A DNA stretch of 64,000 nt from Mobula hypostoma. Its lineage: Eukaryota. Under the pieces are notes generated by a model. That model was not told the DNA's origin. It saw only the letters and a list, made by a program, of their open reading frames with translations, and ran no database searches. The position numbers and the translations under genes were made by a program. Below, one piece after another: positions 1 to 11,814 of the stretch. The stretch lies in contig NC_086097.1 in the NCBI RefSeq assembly GCF_963921235.1, positions 17,608,001-17,672,000 on the forward strand, in the 5' to 3' direction. The stretch's first letter is position 1. Each line of letters opens with the position of its first letter.

Positions 1-135
1 TTGGTGGGTTGCTGTGCAGCATGGCTCAAAGGGCCAGAAGGGCCTACTGTATGCTATATCTCAATAAATAAATCACTTTGCCAAGCTTTTCAAGTTTATA
101 TTTTGCTTATCTTCTGAACTTGTTATATCTTGCAG

Positions 136-306
136 GAGCAAATCTGACAGTTAATGTAGGAACAATAAAAATAATCTTCACACCGACAATTTGCAAACGC
201 CAGTGCAGAAATGGAAAGTGTACCAACAATTGTAAGAAAGGTGATCCAACCACCCTTTACAGTGAAAATGGTTATGGTCCTGTGTCCAAATCTGGCTTTC
301 GAATCT
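136..306 (+). CDS. LTBP2: LTBP2 internal coding exon (4-Cys domain region), phase 1-1, 171 nt
   Basis: Acceptor tcttgcAG at 134-135 and donor GTAAGT at 307. Translates (G)ANLTVNVGTIKIIFTPTICKRQCRNGKCTNNCKKGDPTTLYSENGYGPVSKSGFRI. This matches recalled human LTBP2 [21 protein letters not shown]...TTLYS...KSGFRI better than LTBP1 (...ATNFRV). Confidence 0.93.
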
Positions 307-2349
307 GTAAGTAAATATATGGTTACTGATTTTTGTAAAATATAAAAGTCTTAATTTATTTATAGCTATATTCAGAATTGTAAACTACTGGGCAAGTAAC
401 CAATTGCAATAGGTGGCAATTCAGTTGATCCAGCAGATTAATTTGTAACTTCAAACTAAAATGTTACAACGTTTGATCAGACAGTTAAGGGCAGTTAAAG
501 GCAAAATTAATTTGGTCAAACATTAGACTCTTATCAAAAGCCCTTTTGTAAGACGAGATATTTTGAGATTTGGGTCTCATTTGCTTATTACCAACAAGAG
601 GAATCAGCCTTTGCTTGAAGCCCTCCAGCAAGAAGAGAAGGTTAAGATGGAGGTAAAGTGGAGTAGGAAGAACAAGTGGGAGAAGAGGAGGATGTTGGTA
701 ATGTGACAAAGAAATAGCCTCTCTTGATGTATCTTGTTGACTATAGATCTTTTAAAAGACCTCACTCCACTGGCTTTATTCCAAAGTATGGCTTTTGTCT
801 TCAATAATCAAAGTCCCATGGTGAGAATGTTATACTTTAATGGACTTAGACTAGTACTCACCTTTGTAATCTGTAATCACTGTCCACAGTACAGTAAAAA
901 CTGCAAATAGATTGTGCTATGTTCATCAATATATTCTGAAAGATATGCCTTCCTTCAGGCCATATGATTCACAAGGCATGGAAAGAAGCTTTTCAGCCCA
1001 CCAAATCTACAATATAGACACATACTACCCTCTCCATATACCCAACAATCACCCCTACCTGACCTACACTTGCCAACCTACTAGTGGCAATTTATAATAA
1101 GCAATTAACCTAGCAAACCACATATATTTGATATGTGGGAGGAAACCACAGAACTGAGGGGAGCATGGAGTGCTATTTGGGGTGGGCAATAAGAACCCAT
1201 GCATTCCCTGAAAGAGCATACAGATTCTTTACCGTAAACTTAAATGGTCAAAATTGAATCTGGGTCACCAGGGCTGTGAGGCAGCAGCTCTACCAACTCT
1301 ACTCTATAGTAATATTCTATACATTGCTACATGAATATACTTTAAAAGAATTCCATTTTTTCAGCCATACATTTATAATATTTCTTTCTTTATGAAGGTC
1401 TCAGTCCAGGTAGTTTGAGAGATAGATGATGTGCCCTTGTGATAGGTGGTGTTGATTGTGTTATCACATAACACTTACAAATAGTCTACTCGTTAATTCT
1501 CAGTTTAAATTTTTCAAGAACTACAATTCCAGTTTTCCTTAACAGACCTAGTTTAAATATAAACAAAGGAGGTGAACTCCAGAAGTGAAGTGAGAGTGAG
1601 TGCCCAAAGTATCAAGATGGCATTTGACTAAGTGTTACATCAAAGCACTTGGGTGGAGTTAAACTTACTGGGAATCAAGGGGAAAATAATCAATAGCTAG
1701 AGTTACATCTTGCATAAATAAAGATGTATGTAGTTTCTGGAGGTCAGCTATCCCAAGACATTGCTGTAAAAGTTTTTCAGCTCTGTCCTAACCTCCTTCA
1801 GCAGCTTCAACAATGAACCTTCTTCCATCATAAGTTCAGAAGTGAGTAAGCTTGCAGATGATTTCACAATGCTCATTTCCATTTGCAACTCCTCAGAAAA
1901 TGAAGCATGTATGTAGTAAGCGTGAGACCTCATTCAGGTCCATACCTCATTTGACATTTTGATAACTGTAATACAAAATATGTGTCACACCACTGCTGAA
2001 ACTCCAAAAATGGAGAATGTAACCTACCTCTGTCATTCAATGCTATTATCATTATTGTATCCCTGCCTCTTGATACTTGGTGGTCACTAGTATCCAGAAA
2101 CTTAACTGGATCAGACACATAAATATGATAGCTAAAAAAAGTGAAAGTTATCATATTGTGTCATCAAGTCATGTAGAACAGAACCTGGTCCTTGAGCCAT
2201 TATGTTCAGCTGACTGTTGCACCCATCTATATTAATCCCATTTACTCATATCAGGTGCACAAGTCTTAAAATCTTTAGTGAGTGATTAACTATCTGGATC
2301 TAGCATTTTAAAGGGTCATGTGGAATACTTTTCCAGCTTCAATTGGTAT

Positions 2350-2905
2350 TTAAGTTCAAGTTCAAGATTATTGACATTCAACCATACCATGCATATCGCC
2401 AAAGGTGCACAACACAGTATGTGTAACTCATACACCTAGCACATTAAGTAATATTATCATGATAATAAGGTGCATTATTGACACGAGTTAAAAAGTAAAC
2501 AGTATAATGCTATCACAAACAAAGCAGATGCTGGAAGATTCTGCCAAAGGGTTTTGGCCCAAAATGTTGACAATTCCATAGATGCTGCCTGGCTTACTGA
2601 GTTCCTCCAGCATTTTGTGTGTGTTGAACAGTATAATGCTCCTGGCACTTCATGTGTGATGAGACTGGATGATGGCAAGGAGTTCAGTAGTCTTACGGTC
2701 TGGGGAAGAATTTGTTTCCCATCCTAATAGTCCTTGTCCGAATACTGTGGTACATTCTGCTGGATGGTAGAGAGTCAAAGAGATTGCTGGACGGATGGGA
2801 GGGATGATTAATATCGTAAAGGGCCCTGCATATGCAGCATTCTTGATAAATATCTGTGATGGGTAGAGGAGAGACTGGATGATCCTCTCAGCAGTTCTCA
2901 CTGAT
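2350..2905 (-). mobile_element. Rex1/Babar-like LINE 3' fragment
   Basis: Minus-strand RTAERII-like residue. Short-unit tail (ttgaac)n near 2352-2366. Interrupted by the 2512-2626 insert. Confidence 0.6.
2512..2626 (+). mobile_element. 115-bp Penelope pseudo-LTR mini-insertion with degenerate hammerhead
   Basis: Perfect 14-bp TSD AACAGTATAATGCT at 2498-2511 and 2627-2640. Contains the gatgctgcctgg...ccagcattttgtgtgtgtt pLTR end seen in the other PLE copies, plus a short inverted terminus. Confidence 0.8.
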
Positions 2906-2925
2906 GCCTTACAATTCCCTTAACA

Positions 2926-3727
2926 CAGCGGTCCCCAACCACCAGGCCGCAAAACATGTGCTACTGGGCCATGAGGAAACAATATGAGTCAGCTGCACCT
3001 TTCCTCATTCCCTGTCACGCACTGTTGAAGTTGAACATAGGGTTGCCAACTGTCCCGTATTTGCCGGGACATCCCGTCTATTGGGCTAAATTGGTTTGTC
3101 CCATACAGGACCGCCCTTGTCCCGTATTTCCCCCGCTAAGGTAGAGCGTTCCTATGAAACCTTTCAGGCCGAAATGGTGTGAAGCGAAGAAGCAATTACC
3201 ATTAATTTATATGGGAAAAATTTTTGAACGTTCCCAGACCCAGAAAATAACCTACCAAATCATACCAAATAACACATAAAACCGAAAGTAAATAACACTA
3301 ACATATAGTGAAAGCAGGAATGATATGATAAAGTTATGATAAATGATATCATAAATGATATGATATGATAAAGAATGATATGACAACCTATATAAAGTAG
3401 AAATAGATATGTACAGTATAGTCGGGAAGATGAAGGAAAAACCGACTTGTGGGGAAAAAATTGGCACGTACGCGCATGCGCATACAGGTGCCCGCGCAAG
3501 GCTTCATGGTCATGGCAGTCTTTCCTGGGGTAAAGTGTCCCGGGATTTGACTGCTACTTTTGTCCTTTATTTTGGAGTGAGAAAGTTGGCAACCCTAACT
3601 GTAAAAGACATGCTGAGGTGAGTATAACCCTACCTGAACACCCCCCCCCCGCCCCGGGTTGGCTGCTCCGCAAGAATATTATCAATATTAAAATGGTCCG
3701 TGGTGCGAAAAAGGTTGGGGACCCCTG
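2926..3727. mobile_element. Non-autonomous hAT element (MITE)
   Basis: TIRs CAGCGGTCCCCAACC / GGTTGGGGACCCCTG. Perfect 8-bp TSD CCTTAACA at 2918-2925 and 3728-3735. Confidence 0.9.
3038..3597. mobile_element. Second TIR element (hAT-Tip100-like ends) nested inside the hAT MITE
   Basis: Perfect 14-bp TIR TAGGGTTGCCAACT / AGTTGGCAACCCTA, subterminal tgtcccg/cgggac motifs and an internal (ATGAT)n tract. No TSD visible. Confidence 0.75.
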
Positions 3728-4869
3728 CCTTAACAGATGGTAATGCTCCTGTAAAAACTTCTATTTAATGAAAACAGAATTACACACATTATGCAGGACA
3801 TTTATATTAAATGAAAGATAAAAGTTATGTGGGCAAATTCCAATGAATAATGCAGTATTCCATCTTTGTGAAGCTTCCTTTCATTGAACTGTTTTGATGA
3901 CTAAAAGGATTATGGAAATGTTCTGATTAGCATAATTCTCTGGATGTTAAAGTAAGACCCCCATCTCTTCTCAATGCTACCATCACAGAGGGTGTACAGG
4001 AGCCTGAATATACATACACAATGTTTCAGGTATAGTTTCTTACCCTTTGCCATCAGCTTTCTGAATGGACAATGAACCCATGTATGTTATCTCGCCTCAC
4101 AATCACAAGAAAATCTGCAGATGCTGGAAATACCTCATCTTTTCATTTCCTTCTCTCTTTTTGCGGTACTTAATGTTTTTCATATACACATTATTGCAAA
4201 TATACTGCTTCCCCAAACAACAAATTTCATGAAATATACCAGTGATATTAAAGCTCATGCTGATTCTGATAATGCGGTGATATGTGCTGATAAGAATATT
4301 GAGGCAATAAGTCTGGAATATGACTGCCATCGTTGTCTCTGTGTGTAAGTTGAGCTCTGAGATATGTAAGTACTGCTTTTGTGGATTGACTGTTTCAAGT
4401 TGCCATTTGAACTATAGAGACAGAATACTCATTTTGGCACTGGGTAATGCTATGGGATTTCTTTCTTTGCTGCCCTAGTTGCATGTGAATTTTATCTATC
4501 TCCTGCTGCCAATTTCATTATTTTTTAAATACTGGCGTAACTGGAACCAAAAACTTGGGTCCTTTTAGCCTATTTCACAGGAGTACAGAAGTTCTTTTCA
4601 GTAACCTGGGAGATGCTCCCACTCTCTTCCTTGCAGCTATCTCAATGCAGCATACACAGTGCTGTTGTTCAGTGGATAGATGTGCTTTAAGGGTTTACAT
4701 CTATAAATGCAGTGATATTTGCTCAATGTAGACATGGTAATTTATTTTTCTGCATATAAACAAGAAAACAGTGATATATATGTGCAAAATATGCATAGAT
4801 GTTTCAAGTAGGAATGCTATTGAGTATTACATCTCTGCTAAATTCTTGAAAATATGCAGGAAAAAGACC

Positions 4870-5692
4870 TTAAGACCATAAGACAAAGGAGCAGAAGTCA
4901 GCCATTCGGCCCATCGAGTCTCCTCCGCCATTTTATCATGAGCTGATCCATTCTCCCATTTAGTCCCACTCCCCCACCTTCTCACCATAAACTTTGATGC
5001 CCTGGCTACTCAGATACCTATCAATCTCTGCCTTAAATACACCCAATGACTTGGCCTCCACTGCTGCCCATGGCAACAAATTCCATAGATTCATCACCCT
5101 CTGACTAAAAAAATTTCTTCGTATTTCTGTTCTGAATAGGCGCACTTCAATCCTGAAGTCATGCCGTCTCGTACTAGACTCCCCCATCATGGGAAACAAT
5201 TTTGCCACATCCACTCTGTCCGTGCCTTTCAACATTCGAAATGTTTCTATGAGGTCTCCCCTCATTCTTCTGAACTCCAAGGAATACAGTCCAAGACCGG
5301 ACAAACGTTCCTCATATGTTAACCCTCTCATTCCCGGAATCATTCTAGTGAATCTTCTCTGTACCCTCTCCAATGTCAGCACATCCTTTCTTAAATAAGG
5401 AGACCAAAACTGCCCACAGTACTCCAAGTGAGGTCTCACCAGCGCCTTATAAAGCCTCAACATCACATCCCTGTTCCTATACTCTATTCCTCTAGAAATG
5501 TATGCCAACATTGCATTCGCCTTCTTCACCACCGACTCAACCTGGAGGTTAACCTTAAGGGTATCCTATACGAGGACTCCCAAGTCCTGTTGCATCTCAG
5601 AACTTTGAATTCTTTCCCGATTTAAATAATAGTCAGCCCATTTATTTCTTCTGCCAAAGTGCATAACCATACACTTTCCAACATTGTATTTC
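4870..5692 (-). mobile_element. CR1/HER1-type LINE, 5'-truncated, relatively young 3' fragment
   Basis: ORF 4960-5532 with LYKALVRPHLEYC..WSP, LERVQRRFTRMIPG and RRMRGDLIE. Tail (tatggtct)-like. Imperfect TSD ttcttgaaa(ata)tgcagg near 4843 and 5689. Confidence 0.92.
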
Positions 5693-5814
5693 TTGAAATG
5701 CAGGTATCATGCTTCAGTTAAACTTTAATGTTATTTATACTCAGTTTGATTTCTGATAGTCGTACGTGAATTTATACAATAGATTGCAGGAAAGATGGGC
5801 AACAATCTGCAAAG

Positions 5815-7027
5815 GTATAACACATTAAGGACTTTGAGGGATGGGGGGAACATTCATGTTATAATCATGGCTGTAGGATGGTTGTAGTTGGGAGCTGAAT
5901 GTCCAAGGTTACATGTTGGACGGATATGAAGGTAGGCTCTGCTGCTAAAGAATGGCCTCAAATCAGTGGAAAGATATAACATAGGATCGGAAGATTTTGA
6001 ATCCTTATGGGTTGAGATAAGAAACTGCAAGGGTAAAAGACCCTGATGGCAGTTATTGTCAGGCCTCCCAACAGTAGCTGGCATATGGACCACAGATTAC
6101 AGCAAGTTATAGAAAAGGTATCTCAAAAGAGCAATGTTATGATAGTCAAGGGAGATTATAACATGCAGTCTATTAGGAAAATCAGGTTGGCAATGGATCT
6201 CAAGAGGACAAGTTTGTTAAGTGCCCACAAGGTGGCTTTTTAGAGCAGTTTGTTGTTGAGCTAGGGGATAAGCTATCCTGGATTGGGTGTTCTGTAATGA
6301 ATCAAAGGTGATTAGGGAGCTTAAAGTAAATGAACGCTTAGGAGCCGGTGATCACAATATGATTTAAGTTCAGCTTGAAATTTGATAGGAAGAAAGTAAA
6401 GTCTGACATAGCAGTATTTCAGTAGAGTAAAGGAAATTGCAGTATGAGAAAGGAGTTGGCCAAAGTAAATTGGAAGGAGCTGCTAGCAGCAATGACAGCA
6501 GAGATGCAATGGCGCACATTTCTGGTAAAAATGAGGAAGGTGCAGGACAAATGTATTCCAAAAATGAAGAAATACTCAAGTGGCAAAATAGTACAACTGT
6601 GGCTGACAAGGGAAGTCAAAGATAATGTAAAAGCAAAAGAGAGGGCATACAACAAAGCAGAAATTAGTGGGAAGATAGAGGAAGCTTTTAAAAACCTACA
6701 GCAAACAACTAAAAAATCATTAGAAGGGATAAGATGAAATATGAAAGCAAGCTAGCAAACAGCATCAAAGTGGATAGTAAAAGCTGTTTCAAGTATGTAT
6801 AACTAAGAGGCGAGAGTGGATATAGGGCTGCTAGAAAATGAGGCTGGAGAAATAATGGGGGATAAGGAGATGGCAGATGAACTAATTGAGTATTTTGCAC
6901 TAGTAGTGTGTGTGTGAAGGAAGAGAAGTGAGTGCTGTCCCTATTACAAGAGAGAAAGTGCTCAAAAAGCTGAAAGGCCAAAGGGTACACATGTCACCTG
7001 GACCACATGAATTTCACCCTGGGGTTC
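5815..7027 (+). mobile_element. CR1 LINE ORF2 5' part (APE endonuclease to RT linker), decayed; continues at 10129
   Basis: GDYN and DHN APE motifs, and MRKELAKVNW. Resumes with (P)xDWxIADVTPLFK at 10129. Confidence 0.85.
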
Positions 7028-7039
7028 AACAATTATACT

Positions 7040-8332
7040 AGTGTCTAAGAAGAATAATGTGGGCTGCCTTAATGACTATTGCATTGTACCACTCACATCA
7101 ACAGTGATTAAATGCTTTGAGAGGTTGGTTATGACTAGATTGAACTCCTACCTCAGCAGGAACCTGGACACATTGCAATTTGCCTATCGCCACAATAGAT
7201 CAACGGCAGATGTAATCTCAATGGCTCTCCACAGGGCTTTAGACCACCTAGACAACACGAACGCCTACGTCAGGATGCTGTTCATTGGCTATAGCTCAGC
7301 ATTTAATACCATCATTCATTCCCACAATGCTCATTAAGAAGTTGCAGAACCTGGGTCTCTGTACCTCGCTCTGCAATTAGATCCTCTACTTTCTAACCGG
7401 AAGACCACAGTCTGTGTGGATTGGTGATAACATATCCTCCTTGGCGACTATCAACACTGAAGCACCTCAAGAGTGTGCTTAGCTCACTGCTCTACTCTCT
7501 GTATACACATGACTATGCAGCTAGGCATAGCTCAAATACCATCTATAAATTTGCCGACGATACAGCCATTGTTGGTAGAATTTCAGGTAGTGACGAGAGG
7601 GCATACAGGAGTGATTATGCCAACTAGTGGAGTGGTGTCGCAGCAACAACCTGGCACTCAACGTCAGAAAGACAAAAGAGCTGATTGTGGACTTCAGGAA
7701 GGGCAAGACGAAGGAGCACATACCAATCCCCATAGAGGAATCAGAAGTGGAGAGAGTGAGCAGCTTCAAGTTCCTGGGTGTCAAGATCTCTGAGGAGCTA
7801 ATGTGGTCCCCACATATCGATGCAGTTATTAAGAAGGCAAGACAGCAGCTATACTTTATTAGAAGAGATTTGGCATGTCAACAAATATGTTCAAGAATTT
7901 CTATAGTTGTACTGTGGAGAGCATTCTGACAGGCTGCATCACTGTCTGGTATGGAGGGGCTACTGCAAGGGATCGAAAGAAGCTGCAGAAGGTTGTAAAT
8001 CTAGTCAGCTCCATCTTGGCACTAGCCTACAAAGTACCCAGGACATCTTTGGGGAGTGGTGTCTCAGAAAGGCAGCGTCCATTATTAAGGACCTCCAGCA
8101 CCCAGGGCATGCCTTTTTTTTTCCCCCTCACTGTTATCATCACATAGGAAATACAGGAGCCTGAAGGCACACACTCAACAATTCAGTAAAAGCTTCTTCC
8201 CCTCTGCCATCTGATTCCTAAATGGACATTGAAGCTTTGGACTCTACCTCACTCTTTTTTAAAATATACAGTATTTGTTTTTGCACATTTTTGAAATCTA
8301 TTCAATGTACATAATTGATTTGCTTATTTATT
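7040..8332 (+). mobile_element. Rex1/Babar-like LINE (RT and C-terminal region), decayed; 3' tail continues 10003-10128
   Basis: LNDY..PLTS..KCFERLV, LQFAYR, YKFADDT, WCRSNNLALNVRKTKELIVDFRK and KKARQQLYF. Tail ...aataaacgtgattctgattc. Confidence 0.88.
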
Positions 8333-8337
8333 TGAAT

Positions 8338-8642
8338 AGGCATCCATTAGTCTCGTGAGACCATGGATTTGCGCCTTGGAAGGTTTCCAGGGCGCAGGCC
8401 TAGGCAAGGTTGTATGGAAGACCGGCAGTTGCCCATGCTGCAAGTCTTCCCTCTCCACACCACCCATGTTGTCCAAGGGGAAGGCACTAGGGCCAATACA
8501 GCTTGGCACCGGTGTCATCGCAGAGCAATGTGTGGTTAAGTGCCTTGCTCAATGACACAGCATGCTGCCTCAGCTGAGGCTCGAACTAGCGACCTTCAGA
8601 TCACTAGACTGATGCCTTAACCACTTGGCCACGCACCAACAC
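8338..8642 (-). mobile_element. tRNA-derived SINE with CORE-like segment and RTE-like 3' tail
   Basis: Minus-strand head has A box TGGCCAAGTGG and B box AGTTCGAGCC, then tgtgtcattgagcaaggcacttaacc. 3' end ccatggtctcacgagactaatggatgcc. Second copy at 62464-62742. Confidence 0.85.
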
Positions 8643-8644
8643 GA

Positions 8645-8752
8645 AGTGGTTAGCACAATGCTTTACAGTACCAGCGGCCCGGGTTCTATTCCTGGCGCTG
8701 CCTGTAAGGAGTTTGTACGTTCTCTTTGTGACCACATGGGTTTCCTCCCACT
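8645..8752 (+). mobile_element. tRNA-derived HE1/V-SINE-like 5' fragment
   Basis: agtggttagcac...gggttctattcc (A and B boxes), then tgtaaggagtttgtacgttctc, shared with 58545-58800. Confidence 0.7.
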
Positions 8753-8757
8753 GTTTA

Positions 8758-10002
8758 TCTATATACTACTAAAACTCTCATGCTCTGTTGGTCTGTTTGT
8801 GACCTCCAATTAGCGCAAACGGTGCATTACAGCGGCACTGTTTTTGGCTAAATCAACTTAAAATGTGCTAACTTACAGAATATAGGCAAGGTTCAGGGTT
8901 ATACATTCATTAAAAATTACTCACTCGCCAAAATCAACAGCCCCGCTTTCACCTGAGAGCCGATGTCAGCCATGATGGAAACCACGACGCGACACCATAA
9001 CGCATGTGCACAGCCAGCATCAGAAGCAATTCATGATGCTCAGCAGCAATACCAACCAGAGCAAAAGGGCAGGGCAGCTCTATTTTGAGCGGTCACATTC
9101 TGCTAATCACCATCAGCATGTGCAGGATTGTGACCGATCAAACTGAGACCCATCACTAAGAGATAATTAAATCTTATTGTAATGACTTACTTCGAGACAC
9201 CCATCAAACCCTTTGCTGCAGTCAAAGGACAGTGGTGACTATATCACGTTTATTTAGGAGAGCACCAATCATATCATCAAGAATAATCAGGATCCTGGAG
9301 GCTTTGGTGTTGCTGCTTTGTATCTTCTATCCAGCGTTAGGGTAAAAAAAAAATATGGTCAACCTAATTATGCTGCGTGGAAAGAGAAGGGGGACATTAT
9401 GATCAAGAGATGATGCCAAACGTCGTCAGGAAGCGGCAAGGAGAGGGAGAGAACAAGAATCGGATGAGGCCAGGGCCGCAGCAGGATCAAAGAGTCAGGA
9501 CAAAAAAAGGTAAAAGAAGAAGGGACAGAGGAGCTGAGAAATGTACGTCTCCAGGATTAGAGACAAACAACAAACAGCAGAAAAGATGAAGAGATAGGGG
9601 ATGAAAGGGCTGTATGTCTCCAGATTGACAAAAACAGGCACAGGAGGAGGAGAGAGGAAGAGACAAAGGAGCAGAGAAATGCATGTCGCCAAGATCAGAG
9701 ACAAAGAATAAACAGCAGAAGGGATGAAGAGACAGCAGATGAAAGGACTTCACGTCTCAGAGGCACAAGGGTGGCAGATCAACCAGAAATGATGCCATCA
9801 AAAGCCTTCTTCGTTAAACGAGGAGGAGTTATATTTGCCTTGCTACGCATCGTTCTTCTTTAATAAACTGAGGTTTTCTTCTTCAATTTCCAAAGCAAAG
9901 CAATACCAATAGCACTCAGGAAATTTTAATGTTCATTCTGTTCACATCAGACTGCACTACCCTTCCCTCAATGAGTGCCCCAACGGGTCATCCTTTGTCT
10001 AG
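8758..10002 (+). mobile_element. Non-autonomous Helitron (~1.25 kb)
   Basis: Starts A|TCTATATACTACTAAA and ends CTAG|T. A GC hairpin (ccc-caac-ggg) lies ~11 nt before the end. No TSD, and the insertion is between A and T. Internal decayed 69-bp coding repeats. Confidence 0.8.
9519..9762 (+). repeat. Tandem 69-bp (23-codon) repeat within the Helitron, STPR-like
   Basis: Units start at 9519, 9588, 9657 and 9726, each beginning gaag(a/g)ga(c/t)a. Alternate units are more similar to each other (138-bp higher order). Confidence 0.8.
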
Positions 10003-10128
10003 TTTATCACTATGTTTTATTTATTATTATTATTTTTCCCTTTCTGCTAGATTATGTATTGCATTGAACTTCTGCTAAGTTAACAAATTTCACGTCACAT
10101 GTGGGTGATAATAAACGTGATTCTGATT

Positions 10129-11590
10129 CGGTATGGTGCCAAAGGACTGGTAAATTGCAGATGTCACTCCACTCTTTAAGAGAGGAGGAAGGCAACAGAA
10201 AGGAAATTATAGACCAGTTAGCTGACCTCAGTGATGTTGGAGTGAATTGTTAAAGATGAGGTTGTGGAGTACTTGGTGACATAGGACAAGATAGGACAAA
10301 GTCAGCATGGTTTCCTTGAGGGAAAATCTTGTAGACGAACCTGCTGGAATTCTTCAGAGGAGATTATAAGTAGGATAGATAAAGGGGATGCAGTGGATGT
10401 TGTATATTTGGATCTTCAGAAGACCCTTGACGAATTGCCACACATGAGGCTGCTTACCAAGTTAAGAGCCCATGGTATAACAGGAAATTTACTTACATGG
10501 TTAGAGCATTGGCTGATTTGTAGTAGGCAGTGAGTGGGAATAAAAGGATCCTCATCTGGCTGGCTGCCAGACTAGTGGTGTTCCGCAAGGTTTGGTGTTG
10601 GGTTTGCTTGTTATGCTGTATATTAATAATTTAGATGATAAAATAGATGACTTTGTTGCCAAGGTTGCAGATGATACGAAGATTGGTGGAGGTGCAGGTT
10701 GTGTTGAGGAAACAGGTAGGATGCAGAAGGACTTAGAGTAAGAGAATCGGCAAGAAAGTGGCAAATGGAATACAGTGTTGGAAAATGCATGGTCATGCAC
10801 TTTGGTGTAGAAACTAATGTGCGGAATATTTTCTAAATGGGGAGAAAATCCAAAAATGTGAGTTGCAGAGGGTCTTGAGAGTCCTTGTGCAGAACACCGT
10901 AAAGGTTAACTTGCAGGTTGAGTCGGTGGTGAGGAAGGCAAATGCAATGTTAGCATTCATTTCAAGAAGACTAGAATACAAGAGCAGGGACATGCTGAGG
11001 CTTTATAAGGCTCTGGTGAGGCCTCACTTTGATTATTGTGAACAGTTTTGGGTCCCTCATCTTAGAAAAGATGTGCTGGGATTTGAAAGGGTCCAGAGGT
11101 GGTTCACTAGGATGATTCTGGGAATGAAAGGGTTATCATAAAAGAAACATTTGATGGTTCTGGTTCTGTACTCACTGGAATTTAGAAGGATGAGGGGTAT
11201 CTCATTGAAACCTTTCGAATGTTGTGAGGCTGAGGCAGAGTAGATGTGGAAAGGATATTTCCGATGGTAGGGGAGTTTAGGAGAAGAGGGCACAGCCTCA
11301 GAATACAGGAGAGCCCATTTAAAACAGGTGTGGAGAAATTACTTTAGCCAGAGGGTGGTGAATTTGTGGAATTTGTTACCATAGGCAGCCGTGGAGGGTA
11401 GATCATTGGATGTATTTAAGGCAGAGCTTGATAGATTATTGACTGGATATGGCATCAAGGAGTACAAGGAGATGGCTGGTGAATGGGCTTGAGGAGGGGA
11501 GACAAGACTCAGTCACGATTGAATGGTGGAGCAGAGTTGATGGGCCAGATGGCCTAATTCAGCTCCTATGTCTTATGATCTTATAGCCTT
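10129..11590 (+). mobile_element. CR1 LINE RT and 3' end, decayed
   Basis: NYRPVS, GVPQG, KVADDTK and LYKALVRPHFDYC. Tail tatgtcttatgatcttat. Confidence 0.9.
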
Positions 11591-11814
11591 TTAAGCTATA
11601 AGAGCAGAAGTAGATCATTGAGCACAATGAGTCTGCTTCAGTTTTAGCACCCAGCTCTGTTCCTCTTTCAGCCAGTCTTCATGATTCCCATGATATTGTA
11701 CCACTGTAAAATTTCAATCAGCACTGTAAATTAATTTATATTGTTTCATATACTGCACATATTCAATCCACCATTTTTGTCCTGTATATACTGTATAAAC
11801 TGTATACTTGTTAT

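Noticed and set aside
8570..8642. tRNA gene on the minus strand
   Set aside because: It has A and B boxes but continues into a SINE body and tail and is duplicated at 62.7 kb, so it is a SINE head.
9519..9762. CRISPR-like array
   Set aside because: The repeats are contiguous, degenerate 69-bp coding-type units with no unique spacers, in a eukaryotic context.
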